Origin: Felis catus
Lineage: Eukaryota
NCBI RefSeq assembly: GCF_018350175.1
Contig: NC_058368.1
Location: forward strand, 153,700,001-153,764,000
Direction of reading: 5' to 3'
DNA length: 64,000 bases
A model generated the notes under the pieces. That model worked only from the letters and a program-made list of their open reading frames with translations, was not told where the DNA came from and did not search any database. Position 1 is the first letter of the stretch. Each line of letters begins with the position of its first letter. Positions 25,882 to 38,479 of this stretch are shown here, piece by piece. The translations under genes were made by a program, and so were the position numbers.

Positions 25882-25954
25882 TCCTCATCTCTTTCTCCCA
25901 TGAGCTCTATCCAACTTTTATTCCAAAATGAAGCTTTGTATGTGCACTCATATG

Positions 25955-26515
25955 TTTTTTCCAACTTTACTGAGGTATAATTGACAAATAAAAGTATATT
26001 TCAAGGGAACAACACGATGATTTGATCTATGCACACATTGTGAAGAGATTCCCGTAATCTACTAAATTAACACATCCATCACCTCACATAGTTACCTTTT
26101 TTCTTCTTTTGACGAGGACGCTAAGTTCTAGTCTCTTAGCAATTTATTTTATAAATGGTAGTATTTTTGTTATACATTAGACCTTCAGAATTAACTCATG
26201 TTATAACTGAATGCTTGTACCTTTTTATCAACCTCTCCCCATTTTACCTATCCCTCAGGACTTGCCACCCACTATTCTCTCTGTTTCTGTGAGTTCAACT
26301 TCATTTATTTATCTATTTGCTTATTAAATTTCTGTATATAAGTGATACCATGAAGTATTTGTCTTTTTTGGACTTATTTAGCCACATTTATCCATGTCAC
26401 CACAAATGGCAGTATTTCCCTCTTTTGTAAGGCTAAATAATATTCCACTGTGTGTGTTTGTGTTCCATTTGTTGTATCACATTGTGATACACAAGTGTTC
26501 CACATTTTGTATCAC

Positions 26516-26552
<37 letters not shown>

Positions 26553-26805
26553 CTATCTGTCTATCCATCCATTAATCCATCCATCCATCTATATCACATT
26601 TTCTTTATCCATTCATCCATTGATGGATGCTTGGGTTGTTTTTCCTTATCTTGGCTGTTGTGAAATAATGTTACAGTGAACATGGGAGTGCAGACATCTC
26701 TTTGAGATAATCATTTCCTTTCCTTTGGATATATACCCAGAAGTAGGATGGAGGGATCATATGGTAGTTCTATTTTTAATTTCTTGAGGAATTTCCATAC
26801 TGTCC
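25955..26805 (-). mobile_element. L1MA9-like 3' end
   Basis: TTTACTGAGGTATAATTGACAAAT, AATTAACACATCCATCACCTCACATAGTTACC, GGATATATACCCAGAAGTAGGAT; (TG)n at about 26517-26548. Confidence 0.88.
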
Positions 26806-26889
26806 AGAAGTGAATTATTTTTAGAGTAATGTAAATATGTGGAATCTGAAGAAATACCATCTGATAAGAACATTAACCTAAGAAGGGAT

Positions 26890-27265
26890 TTTGCATTTGC
26901 TGTATGTCAATCTAGAATGCTCTGCCCGCAGGCCTTCATATGGCTAACTTCTTCTTGTCATTCATGTCTCAACTCCCGTCACCTCTTTTGTGAGGCCTTC
27001 CCTAGTCACCAAAGATAAAGTAGCCGCCTCCTCACACCCTGCCAACTGTTCCAGAAAGATTTTGTCCTACCAGTCTATTTAAATTCTTCATAGCCTTTAC
27101 TACTACCTAGAATTATTCTTTCTTTAATTTATTTACTTCTTTATTAACCATTTTCCCATTAGTAAACAAGCTCCATGAAATGAGGGATATTATTTGCATC
27201 ATTCAGTGTTATTTCTGCAGTCTCTAAATTATGCCTGATGCATAGTGCACTCTCAATAATGAAGG
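26890..27265 (+). mobile_element. L2 (L2a-like) 3' end
   Basis: TTTGCATTTGCTGT...CTAGAATGCTCT, GTCACCTC...GAGGCCTTCCCT, AAGCTCCATGA, TAGTGCACTCTCAATAA. Confidence 0.8.
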
Positions 27266-28389
27266 AAACTTCATATTAAAAGCATTTTTTGCCCTAAATA
27301 TATTAACTCCTCTCTCCCCTGTTTTGCCATTATTTGAATTCCATATTTTATATTTCCACTAAAAAATTACTCTTTTTCTTTTTCTAATTAACTCTTCTAA
27401 ATTCTAGTTGAAGAACAAATGTGTGTTTGCAATTGTGTTTATTTTCCATTTTGTATTTGTGACCTAGATCATTGGAAGTATATATGAAAACCAGAATGTG
27501 TCTTATTATGAGCAATTTATTTCAAAAATATGAAGGTTATATAAGGAACAAGGCTTTATCAAAACTTAATTTGTAGGATGAAAGGAGTTGACAAGTTCTA
27601 TCACCAACTCATATCTGCAATATAAAAAGCTGAGCCCCCATGAGAGGTCCTTCAAAGACGCACTTTCTGGTTTTGTTTACTACAATCACAGGCATTCTCT
27701 GTGCTTTGTTCTGTAGGTTGCTTAATATATCATTTGGTTCTACATGTTTCTTTCTCCTGATATTTCTTTTATACTGTCAGATCCTGCCATGTCCATTCAA
27801 ATCTAAAATTGTCTGAAACTATCTAAGTCACAACAAATCTGCTGTGTGAATAAAATCTTTATGGAGAGCTGTGAGGTTTCCAAGGCACATGCATAATAGA
27901 AATTCAATATCACTTCATTTGAGTACAGGCAGAACCACCAATAGCTGCATTTCACAGAGACCCACAAATTGTGCTCTGAAAAGAATGATTGCCACAGAAT
28001 GCCTGTGTGCGGGAGCCCGCTAATGCCTTCCACGGCGGGCTGTGTGAGTCACCTCAGGGTGGTGCCAGGAGAGGGGGCGCTCCCCAAGTCATAATTTTAC
28101 TAAAAGCTTTTAATAATAATCAGTTTTGATTTTTAACAACATATTCCTCTCAGTATAAAAATTAAATTCAAATAGGAAAAATGGCAATCTGCACAAGCTG
28201 CTGTAAAATGGAGAATTTGGCATTAGCTTCTTTAACTTTAGTGCCAAAAAGCAGTTAACAACAACAAAAAAAGCTTATAAATACAAAGTTTAATGTGTTA
28301 TCTCTTTTAAGCTTAAAGTATTAATAAGAACTGATTCTCCTGGACAAAAAGTAAGGTAGGAAGAGAGTCTTATGTGTTTGCCAGTATGT

Positions 28390-28393
<4 letters not shown>

Positions 28394-28425
<32 letters not shown>
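28394..28425. repeat. (AG)16 microsatellite
   Basis: Direct inspection. Confidence 0.95.
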
Positions 28426-28431
<6 letters not shown>

Positions 28432-29199
28432 TTGGATTAGAATAAATATTAAGAAGTTTGTTGCCTCCTTGCTCTTTAAGAGAATCTTGTTGAAATAAAT
28501 GTTGCTCAAAATAAGCAAAGGAAAACTTAGGGTTCATGAAGGTTAAGAGTATTTTAGGGACTATTTTAGACCAACATATGATTATCTTAGGTAGATTCTG
28601 AACTCTAAGAATATGAGTAATATAAAATTTAATATACTGGATTGGATTTCTAAGAGTATTTACCATTCAGGGGATATTTGTTCAACTGAAATTTTTATCT
28701 GAAGCTTACATTATCAAAATAATTTAACATCTAAAATCTAAATTTAATATCTTAGTGAATAATATATGTATGAAAAAATAATAGTCTAATAATACTCTTC
28801 GGTTCATATATCATTTTCTAAAGGGTTAACTGATCAGCTGAAATGTAATTTATAAAATGTACAATTATTAAAATCAATTTAAAGCTCAGAAGTCTCAAGT
28901 TATTATTGCAGTTGTGTCTATAATGTTCAATTCTAAAACTACAAAACCTTTGGATGACTCTAGCACATTTCTTATGACTTCTAAAAGAAAAACAACTCAT
29001 AATAATATATGGTAATAAAGCAATAATTGATTAGAATCTTTAATTAAATATCCGAGACCAACTGTATCAACTGATGGCTTTGAAGCAGTCACCGATTCTA
29101 TGAGATCTGAGTCACATAGAACCATGGTGATTTTAGACCAAAATGCAGGCCGGGGAGAAATGGTATTTTTTTCCTTTATTAAAACTTAGTAAAAAGGCA

Positions 29200-29475
29200 C
29201 AAACTTTTAGCCAGAAAGTGACTAAGTTCTGAGAATCTGATATAAAACATGGCAGCTATCATTGGTAACTATTATATAGTTGAAATTTGTTAGGAGAACG
29301 TAAGTGGTCTCGCACACACCTACAAATAAGTATGTGAGATAGTGGATGTGATCATCAAGCGGATGGGGGGATCCTTTCCCACGGTATATGTATATCAAAT
29401 CACCAATATATGTACACTTTAAATAACTTACAATTGTATTTGTCAAATGTACTGCAGCAAAGCTGGAAAAAAGTA
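29200..29475 (+). mobile_element. L1 3' UTR end (L1MA/L1_Carn-like), 5'-truncated
   Basis: TAAGTTCTGAGAATCTGATATA...GTATATCAAATCACC...TGTACACTTTAAATA...AAAGCTGGAAAAAA. Confidence 0.8.
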
Positions 29476-29864
29476 AAACATAACTGTGGAATGGAAATAT
29501 AAATAAAATGAAAACCTAGTAACAGAATTTGACTCACACAAACCTCCCCACCCCAAGCCCTCAGAGCCATGACTGGGTAAAAAGAGTCTAAAACGAATAT
29601 CTCAGAGTACTACTGCTATTGTATGAAACTGATCTCTTCATAAAGATTTAAAAGGACAGTTTCTAGAAGTGTAAAAGGAGAAGGACTTTTCTCTTTCTTT
29701 TTCTTTTCTTTTTTTTCCATTACAAGGAGTGCTACCGACAAATTTCATCCATTTAAAGTAAATGAACCATTAGAGGGAGGGTAAGTGCTTTTTGGTCTCT
29801 GAATTAGTTAGGTCTCAATGAATTTTTTTTACCAAATCTGAAAGTCTCTTAAAGAAAAACTCTA

Positions 29865-30048
29865 GGGGCACCTGAGTGGCTCAGTCACTTGAACATCTGA
29901 CTCTGCTCAGAATATGATCCCATCTTTGTGGGTTGGAATATGGGCCTCTGGGTTGACAGCACAGGGCCTGCTTTGGATGCTCTGTCTCCTCTCCCTGCCC
30001 CTAACTGCTCACACTCTCTCTCAAAAATAAATAAATAAACTTAACAAA
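29865..30048 (+). mobile_element. Can-SINE, diverged
   Basis: GGGGCACCTGAGTGGCTCAGTC head; TSD AAAGAAAAACT at 29851-29861 and 30049-30059. Confidence 0.9.
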
Positions 30049-30171
30049 AAAGAAAAACTATAAAAAACTGACTAAACATGAAAAAATGTGTTCTTAAACT
30101 GTATTGCTGAAGTCCAGTTTTAATTAAAAAAATAAAGAAAAACGCTTGTGCCATGTTATCAAATATTTTTA

Positions 30172-30297
30172 TTAAAAATAAAATGAGTTGCTGAGTTGTC
30201 AGCATAGAGCCCGACGTGGGACTCAAACCCATGAGTCGTGAGATCCTGACCTGAGATGAAGTCCGGCGCTGAACCGACTGAGCCACCCAGGTGCCCC
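30172..30297 (-). mobile_element. Can-SINE lacking its 3' half
   Basis: tRNA-derived head only; 13-bp TSD TCAAATATTTTTA at 30159-30171 and 30298-30310. Confidence 0.9.
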
Positions 30298-30576
30298 TCA
30301 AATATTTTTAAATTGTCAATTATTAACATGACTCTAAATATATGTGAAGTAAATTGTTTTATCATGCACAATACCTTGCTCATCAGTATTTCTGCATGTC
30401 TCTAGGATAACCATAATCAATATCTGTGAGAACTCAGATGATAAGAACAGTTGCTACTTACAGAGCACCTACAATATCCCAAACACTGAGAGGTGATGTA
30501 TGGTGTTTCAGGCTGTTTACTTTTCAGTCACGAGTGGCATTTGAATCCTGCTTCTGTCACTTACTAGTTGTGGAGA

Positions 30577-31060
30577 CTGCAGGGAAGGAAAAATTCCTCC
30601 TCTACTCGACAAGGTTTTCCAGCTAAACTAAACATTAAATTCATATAAGACTGATAAACAGGAGAAAAAAAACTGAAGTGTTATTACTTGCACACGGAGG
30701 CCCAATACTAAAATTGAAACCTAAATAAATGACTAAGGCAGGTAGTTTCTATATTTTTTAGACAAAGGGAAAGAATCTGTGAGGATTTGGCAGTACAAAG
30801 AAAACTCAACTTTGGGAGCTTCAATTAATAAGGAATTCTAAACAGAATTTGGGACATGGTAGCGGTAAATTAGTAAAAAGTAACAAAGGTTGTTTATACA
30901 GCCATCTTGCTCTAGTTCCCTGTCTCTGGTCATAGGGATGTCTCTACATCCTGGTACAGGGAGGGTGCCTTTCACATGGGAGCTTTATTTTCTGTTTTTA
31001 GGGGGACAGGTGGAAGACAATGACTCGAGTTGAGAACTCCGTTTCCCACACATACAAGGA
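30577..31060 (-). mobile_element. ERV1-class LTR (MER34/CarLTR-like) adjoining a MIR fragment
   Basis: TGCAGGGAAGGAAAAATTCCTCCTCTAC...TAAGACTGATAAACAGGAGAAAA...CCTTTCACATGGGAG; MIR-like TTTGAATCCTGCTTCTGTCACTTACTAGTTGTG just upstream. Confidence 0.7.
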
Positions 31061-31479
31061 ATTCATGGTAATTTTTTTTAATGCTTTATTCCTTGACCAT
31101 GCCAAATAACAGACTAGATGATACTTTGTTTTGATCAATACTCCTAAACTAGATTCAGAACTTAGTAAATTTATGATACTGACACGCAAGCCAAACTATA
31201 ATGTGGAAGCATAGATATTTATTATTGCTATATTTAATATACTTGGAAAAGTGCTAATAGTCTTAGAGATTTTATGATATGTTTATACATATGTATATGT
31301 ATATTTGTTGATTATATACATGCACCTAATTGTTTAAAACACACATTGTAGCAAATCTCCCATAATTTATTTTTAGTTTTTCTCTCTTATGGCATAAAGT
31401 TATCTTTTAGCTTATACTTTCATATTATTGGTATAAACTTTTCTTCCTGAAAGTAGAATTTGTTTTCAGTAGCCCTTCT

Positions 31480-31923
31480 TCTGGCAGAAGGGGCTCATCT
31501 CTTTCTTTTGGTGGATTGAACTGATTCTGTAAGGTTCAGATGGGCTGACCCTGCCCCTGGCTTCAGACTGGCCCACTGCGCAGACCTGCCTGTAATGAAC
31601 ACTACATTTTTCTGCCACCATTTTGATTGGTTCAGGACTAGGTATGTGACCCAAACTGTAACATTCAAAACTCTAGGACTTTTGCCTGAGATGTTTAGAG
31701 TACTGTTAAGTCCAATAGTGTCACCGTTGACCATCTTTGTCACTACATAGGAAGAACCTGCTTGAAGTCTAAGAGAACAAAGCTAACCAGGGATAGAGAA
31801 GAGTGAGTCTTGAGGACACTGACTCTTAGTTATGGGACTTTTAAGTTATGTAAATTGATACCTTCCCTTTTTTGTTCAAGTCCATTGAGGTGGATATTCT
31901 TTTGTCTGCAAACAAAGATTCCT
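31480..31923 (+). mobile_element. MaLR LTR (MLT1J/K-like)
   Basis: TGATTGGTTCAGGACTAGGTATGTGACCCAA, TTAAGTTATGT...TTCCCTTTTTTGTTCAAG...TGCAAACAAAGATTCCT. Confidence 0.7.
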
Positions 31924-32134
31924 GGACCACCTGGGTGGCTCAGTCAGTTAAGCTTCAAGGCTCAGGTCATGATCTCCTGGTTCTGAGTTCGAGCTGTGTA
32001 AGGCCCTGTGTAAGCCCAGACACTGGAGTCTGCTTTGGATTCTGTGTCTCTCCTTCTCTTTGCTCTCCCCCCCCCCCCCCCGGGCGTGTTCTGTCTCTCT
32101 CTGTCTCTCAAAAAATAAATAAATGTTAAAAAAA
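31924..32134 (+). mobile_element. Can-SINE, diverged, with poly-C run
   Basis: Head CACCTGGGTGGCTCAGTC, C-run at about 32067-32081, near-TSD AAAGAT(T/G)CCT. Confidence 0.9.
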
Positions 32135-32295
32135 AAAGATGCCTAAGAGGGAGGAATGGTTTTGGAATTATAAATAAACTAATGATGCACACTTAAATAC
32201 AAGCTTGAATTCCCAATTGAAAAGTAACTTTAATGTTTCACCTTAATTTTTTAATATGTAACTTTTGCCTTAATATTTCTTATGCCAATAACTTT

Positions 32296-32512
32296 CTGAA
32301 AAAAAATTTAATGTTTATTTATTTTTGAGAGAGGGACAGAGACAGAGGGTGAGTGGTGGAGGGGTAGAGAGAGGGAGACACACAATCCAGAGCAGGCTCT
32401 AAGCTCTGAGCTGTCAGCACAGAGCCTGAAGCGGGGCTCAAACTCATGAACCACAAGATCATGACCTAAGCCGAAGTCGGATGCTCAACCGACTGATCCA
32501 CCCAGGTGTCCC
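32296..32512 (-). mobile_element. Can-SINE (SINEC_Fc)
   Basis: TSD GCCAATAACTTT at 32284-32295 and 32517-32528. Confidence 0.94.
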
Positions 32513-33499
32513 ACAGGCCAATAACTTTTTAATTAAATGTCAGTAAACATTCATTGATACTCTTCTTTTTCTTTTTTCTTCTCTCTCTTTTCTCATTCTT
32601 CCACTTTTCATACATCAGATTTAGAGAAGAAAGAATGTCAAGTCCCTTGAATAAAAAAAGGTTATCCTTTCATTTTTATAATGTTAGATTTTTAACATGC
32701 TATATACTCAGTCAAAAAGAAAAAAAAACCTCTGTCAAAACAGTTTCATTACTCTCATTTTTAATTTTAATTTTTTGGTAATGTGGGACTACTGCTTATT
32801 TGTCCAACAAAACGTTATTTGCCAAATCCCTGTAATGATAGCAGCAAGTCTCCTGTTAGTCTTACCTCTTGGGACAAGGTTCACTGCCAACTACTTGCAT
32901 CTACTTTTTGCAGATTCAGAAATTTAGAAATAGACTGAACTGTATCGAATAACCTGCCATTATTAATATTTAAACTATTCGCATCCACAATTTGACATTT
33001 AAGTGTTTTGAGAGCTTCCCAATTGTGATGCTGTGCTCTTGATTTCTGTTGTATCCATTGAAAGTATTTTATTCAGAAGTGTCTGATTTTGTGTATCACT
33101 ATTGAAACAGTCAATAGTTATAAACATTCCAAGTCAGCCCCCCTGAAAAAAGTCATTCCATGTTTTCTCTTGTGATTATAGATACTTAATTTTTGAAAGG
33201 TTGAATGCAGGTGCATTCCACTTTTAGAATATTAAAATTACATATTTAATTACATAAAAATTAATTTATAATGTGTTGCTTGAATTCTAAGTGAAATTCC
33301 TTAAGGATTTACTGAAATGGCAAGTTCTTTGAAGGATTAAATATTTTATAATACTAGTCTGCTTTATTTATTTTTCTCTGTATATGCATAATAATTTTGT
33401 CTGTTCTTGTGAAAAATAATAGATCAAAAGAGAAGTTTTGTTTTATTTAATATTCAAACAGAATTTCTTAAATCTTGAATGTGAACCAGGAAATTTTCT

Positions 33500-34130
33500 G
33501 AGCATTCTACTATCTCTTAAGGAACTCATAGTATAGATGAGAATACAGTGAATACCAGTGTTGGTGGCCATGACCTTTCTGTGTATACAATGAAAAAAAA
33601 ATAGTATCCACTTCCAAGAAACTTAAAATGTAGTTTGGAAAAGAACAAATACAAACAATAAATGATACAAACCATATCTGGGTAAATTAGAAATACTGTT
33701 TTATAGTGTTGGCAATTCTGTAGGTAACCAGAAGTAGAGGGAACTTTCATCTGAGGAGAATACAATTAGTAAAATTTGGATATGCAGTTAGCAAGTGGCA
33801 GAGTACTCCAAGTTAGAGCAAAGGTTTATTAAAAACCTCAGAGATATGGGAAACAGAAGATATTTAAGGGAGATTAGTTTTACTTGAGGGGTATGCATAA
33901 TGATTGGCAGCTAAAGTGTAAAGTTAGAGTGTTTCTGAGATGGAAGTTGTGGAATGAGTAGTATTGCCAGAAAATTAATCTGGTGATAGATATATAAATA
34001 GGAGTAGGCAGGAATTGCCTAGAGAGAGGATGTTTTCTTTGAAGGAATTATTATAGGAATATTAAAGGAAGATATTAGGAAGTAGGGCAGGGTATTGTGA
34101 AAGGAATACAGAGAATTAATGGTAGACTTA
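33500..34130 (-). mobile_element. L2 remnant
   Basis: AAGGAACTCATAGTATAG, CTTCCAAGAAACTTAAAATGTAGTTTGG, AAAATTAATCTGG; purine-rich decayed antisense L2. Confidence 0.55.
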
Positions 34131-35043
34131 TTATTATGGTGCTAGAGTTTATGTGATTTTTCTGGTTAACTAAATCCAAAAGAGAAATAGTAGAAATTAT
34201 TTTCCAAAGTCACATACAATATCTCCAAGTTTACTGTGTTAGAGAATGGTGGTTATGAAGCTATGGTTAGCATTAACTTCATGTTCTTTAAAATTCCCAA
34301 ATACCATCTATAATCTGAGGTTTTAGGTGTTCCTCATCTACACATGCCATTTTTCTCCATGGAAAGCTATGGTATAGATGGATCTAGATTACAGTGCTAG
34401 AATAAACATGAAAGCATTTGGACAATAGGAAAATATGTAAGTTGTTTATTTCACTTCATAAAGAATTATATTCTGAAAAAACAGGTTAGAGGAATATTAC
34501 TGTTTCCTTGATGATAGTGGAAGTATAATTATTATATCAATATATAATTACAAATTAATGAAATGTTAATGTATCATGAAATATTAATATACTTCTTCGA
34601 ACTCTTTCCTTGGCCTCTTGTGTGGTATTTTTTATTTATTGTGTGACATGATAATCATACAGCTATTGTGAAAGAGTTGTTTCATTTTGAAGCATGAAAG
34701 AGTTAAATCCTTAAAAACACTCTGGGTTGAAATTTCATAGATATTCTGATCACAAAAGAGTACTTTCTAACAAAACTTGAGGAATTCCTCTTGGGGCCTT
34801 TTTACACCCAAAGCAAAATTATTTTTCTCATTTGAATTTTTTTTCTAATCTTTTTTTAACTCTTGAAAACTTATCTAATGACTTTAATTTAAAAATGGTA
34901 ACTTCCTATTGGTTTTTAATGACAATGTCAGTTTTAGAATAGTTCCTGGTTTCTTAAAAGAAGACAAAGGTTAATGAATCCTGTAAGAGCCAAGTAAATG
35001 AGTTTTGCTAATTTTTTAACAAGTAGAGAGTTTCGGAACTGTA

Positions 35044-35045
<2 letters not shown>

Positions 35046-35103
<58 letters not shown>

Positions 35104-35122
35104 TGTGTGTGTGTGTGTGTGT
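35046..35122. repeat. Compound (TA)~27(GT)11 microsatellite
   Basis: Perfect runs. Confidence 0.97.
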
Positions 35123-35293
35123 ATTCTTGAAAGGCCACATGTGTCTGGAGCTACTCCACATAATGAAGCAAGTAAGCAGTGTGGGGTGTATCTTTAATCT
35201 AATTCTATGCTTATGTGACTCATACGTGCATAGGTTTATTTCAAACTGTGATTACTTGAATTTCAATTCACATATTGAAGATTTTTTTCTTTT

Positions 35294-35516
35294 TTTTTTT
35301 AATTTTTTTTTTTCAACGTTTATTTATTTTTGGGACAGAGAGAGACAGAGCATGAACGGGGGAGGGGCAGAGAGAGAGGGAGACACAGAATCGGAAACAG
35401 GCTCCAGGCTCTGAGCCATCAGCCCAGAGCCCCACGCGGGGCTCGAACTCCCAGACCGCGAGATCGTGACTTGGCTGAAGTCGGACGCTTAACCGACTGC
35501 GCCACCCAGGCGCCCC
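35294..35516 (-). mobile_element. Very young Can-SINE (SINEC_Fc)
   Basis: Most CpGs intact, long T tail, 17-bp TSD GAAGATTTTTTTCTTTT at 35277-35293 and 35517-35533. Confidence 0.97.
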
Positions 35517-35579
35517 GAAGATTTTTTTCTTTTAAAAATATGTAATAAGATCCAGTGCCAAGAAAAATCTGCATCTACA

Positions 35580-35771
35580 TTTTGTTTTAAGTTTATTTAT
35601 TTATTTTGAGAGAGAGAGAGCACACCAGCGGGGCAGAGAGAGAGAGAGAATCCCAAGCAGTCTCTGCGCTGTCAGCACAGAGCCTGATGAAGGGCTCGAA
35701 CTGAGTGAACCCTCAGATCATGACCTGAACCGAAATCAAGAGCCACCCAGCTGACTGAGCCACCCAGGTGC
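35580..35771 (-). mobile_element. Can-SINE, older subfamily
   Basis: TTTATTTATTTATTTTGAGAGAG...GAATCCCAAGCAG...CTGAGCCACCCAGGTGC. Confidence 0.92.
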
Positions 35772-36469
35772 TCTAGCTTTTATTTTCTTAAGATTTACAA
35801 TATCAAATATCTCCCCAGATGTTGGAAAATATTAAATACTCTGGGTAGATTTTGTCTTTGACTTTGGATCAGGCTATCAGCTGTTACGTTAAAACCACTG
35901 CATAGCTTTATAATATAGAGCATGCTGTTTGTAAACAATCACAGTCAAGTCTTGATTTTTTCCTCTGAGTTTAACTCTTTCAGTTAGCTCTGACCAGATT
36001 ATAGACGTGTATTAGCCTCTGCCATCACCCTAGTTTCCACTAAGCAAGTTGACAGGTGAATGAGCCTTGGAAGTGCCCTGGCCCTGACTATGGAATTACG
36101 AATGCAGTGGAGAGTCAGTGGAGGAGATAAAGCAGAGAATATTTTCCCCAAACGAACAGATTCTAGGTACATAGTGAGGGCTAAAGGGGAGGAAGATGAT
36201 TTGACAGTGAGGATCAGTTGCAGGACTCAACATTATAAAACAGTTCTCTCACACAGAATCATTTATGGACCATTATGAGTTTTCACAATGTGTCCAACTT
36301 TGTTCGGGTTGTTTGGGGAAGCATGGTTAACAACATTGACTAAGAAGAACTTAAATCTAGTGAAGGGTCAGGTGTGAACAGGTGTTCACATCTAAAAGGA
36401 ACAAGGAAGATCACCTTTAACACTTAAGTTCTTTGGTGTGACAAAAGTTTTTCCAACTGCCATATGAAA

Positions 36470-36600
36470 AAGGTACATTGATCCCAATTTATAGATGAAA
36501 AAAGAGTCCGGAAAATGTAAGTAAATTGTCCAAAGTCGTATACTTACTAAGTGATAGACTGGGATTTAAGCATATCAGTCTGAATAAAAAAACTGATTTC
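36470..36600 (-). mobile_element. MIR
   Basis: ATCCCAATTTATAGATGAAAAAA...TAAGTAAATTGTCCAAAGTC...CTGGGATTTAAGC. Confidence 0.75.
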
Positions 36601-36602
36601 CT

Positions 36603-36811
36603 GGGGTGCCTGGGTGGCTCAGTTGGTTAAGCGTCTGACTTCGGCTCTGGTCATGGTCTTGCAGTTTGTGAGTTTGAGCCCTGTGTCGGGATCTGTGCTG
36701 ACATCTCAGAGACTTGAGCCTGCTTTAGATTCTGTGTCTCCCCTTCTCTCTGTACCTCCCCCACTCATGTTCTGTTTCTCTCTCTCTCTCTCTCAAAAAT
36801 AAATAAACATT
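36603..36811 (+). mobile_element. Can-SINE (SINEC_Fc) inserted in MIR
   Basis: Full element; near-TSD AAA(A/G)CTGATTTCC. Confidence 0.94.
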
Positions 36812-36924
36812 AAAAAGCTGATTTCCTTTTCACCACAGCACACACGGCTCTAGACGTTTGTGGAGTATTATGAACATATGTAAGCAAAGTCCCTGGGAAC
36901 ATGGTCTTAGGAGGGGCAATCTTT

Positions 36925-37105
36925 TCTGAGCTCTGCTACGTGGATCTGTGGCCTTAGACTGGTTACTTGAAATTGTTAGCCTTAGTGGGGTAATCATATA
37001 TCTGCCTAATCAGATTATTGTGAGGATAAAGATAATAAATATAAAGCATTTAGCACAGTGCCTGGGACATAATAAGCATTAAAATATGCTATCTCTTATT
37101 ATCAT
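36925..37105 (+). mobile_element. MIR
   Basis: ATTGTGAGGATAAA...TAAAGCATTTAGCACAGTGCCTGGGACATAATAAGCA. Confidence 0.8.
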
Positions 37106-38479
37106 TATCATCATTACTATTTATGATATTTTATTATTCTTTCATGATGAGAAAAGCTGTTTGCCCTTTTATAATTTGTAACTGGAATGAAGGACCATGG
37201 CTTGAAAGGGCAAGAAAGAATATAAGTATAGATTTAAAGATCTAAAATTTGGGAGATGATAGATATATAAAAGCTGTACTCTTGGTTTCAACATTATTTA
37301 AAAAATTTAACCGAATTGTCACTACGTATATGGATCATTTTGGTGTTAAATATTTAAATTAGATGTATATTTTCCGTTCTTGAGTTATTTTCGTATGAGA
37401 CAAAGCAAGTACATGTAATGATGGCATCATTAAAAACACAGCATATTTAACTGAAAACATAAATGAGTTATTTATAGTATTTGCATAAATACATTTGTGC
37501 CATATACATTCTTCTTTTTTGAGTTTTAAGTAATGCTGTATTGCAATTGCATATTAACCTTACAATTATACACAAGCTATGCAATTAAATGCTCACTTAA
37601 AATTAGCAATTATAAATTTTCCTGCATATATAGTAGCTCCTAAAGAATGTAATGCACTTGCAGTAATATCTACTATATTGTGTGTTGGTTTTCTGCTGTT
37701 CAGCAAAGGGATAGAGTGGGGAAATAATTTCACACTGCATATAATGCATCTGATATGAAGGAAACTTGAAAATTATTTAGTTACAGATTTCTCTGACCAG
37801 GCTTGCAAAGTGGCATATATTATGTTAATGGGCAAGCATTTGAAAATGAATTTGAATATTAAATGCACTAAGTTTGGGTTCTGACATGAAGGAAGGCATA
37901 GTTGATACACAATTTACAAACAGGTTCTTGTTAACTCTTTTGTTGCTGTGGCTCACAGTCATGCTTTGTGCTTAACATTTGTAATCTTATAATTTTTTCG
38001 TCACCGAAAATTCCATAATATTGAAATCTAACTGTTAGACTGTACAAATGAAGTTCTTTTAGAGTATTAGATTTTTAGGCATATTCTACATTCAACTGTG
38101 CTCCTTGTTCAATGAAAAATTGTTGCTTATTCATTCAAAGTTATAAGTAGAAAAGAAATGAGCAACATCAATCACTGTATTAATGATATACTATATTTTT
38201 CTAGCTTTCATTTGTAAAGGAGCACATTTGAGTGGGTATATATTGGAATGTATCCTACCAAGCCACCATATATATTCAACCAAAATGTCTGGTTTTCAAG
38301 TCATAGCAGAGGTCACATATTTACTGACTGTTGGACTCATAGTATTTAAATTTACAGAAAATGAATAGTTAACAATAAACCTTCCCACCAAGGCATATTT
38401 TTATTGAAAGAGCAAAACATTACAGTACACCGGGTGTTTTAGGTCATTTATTTTGTTTTTGCTCTGGGTCATTTTCCAA

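Noticed and set aside
34934..35414. Longest ORF (138 aa) and its antisense partner
   Set aside because: Open only because they run through (TA)n/(GT)n and a SINE
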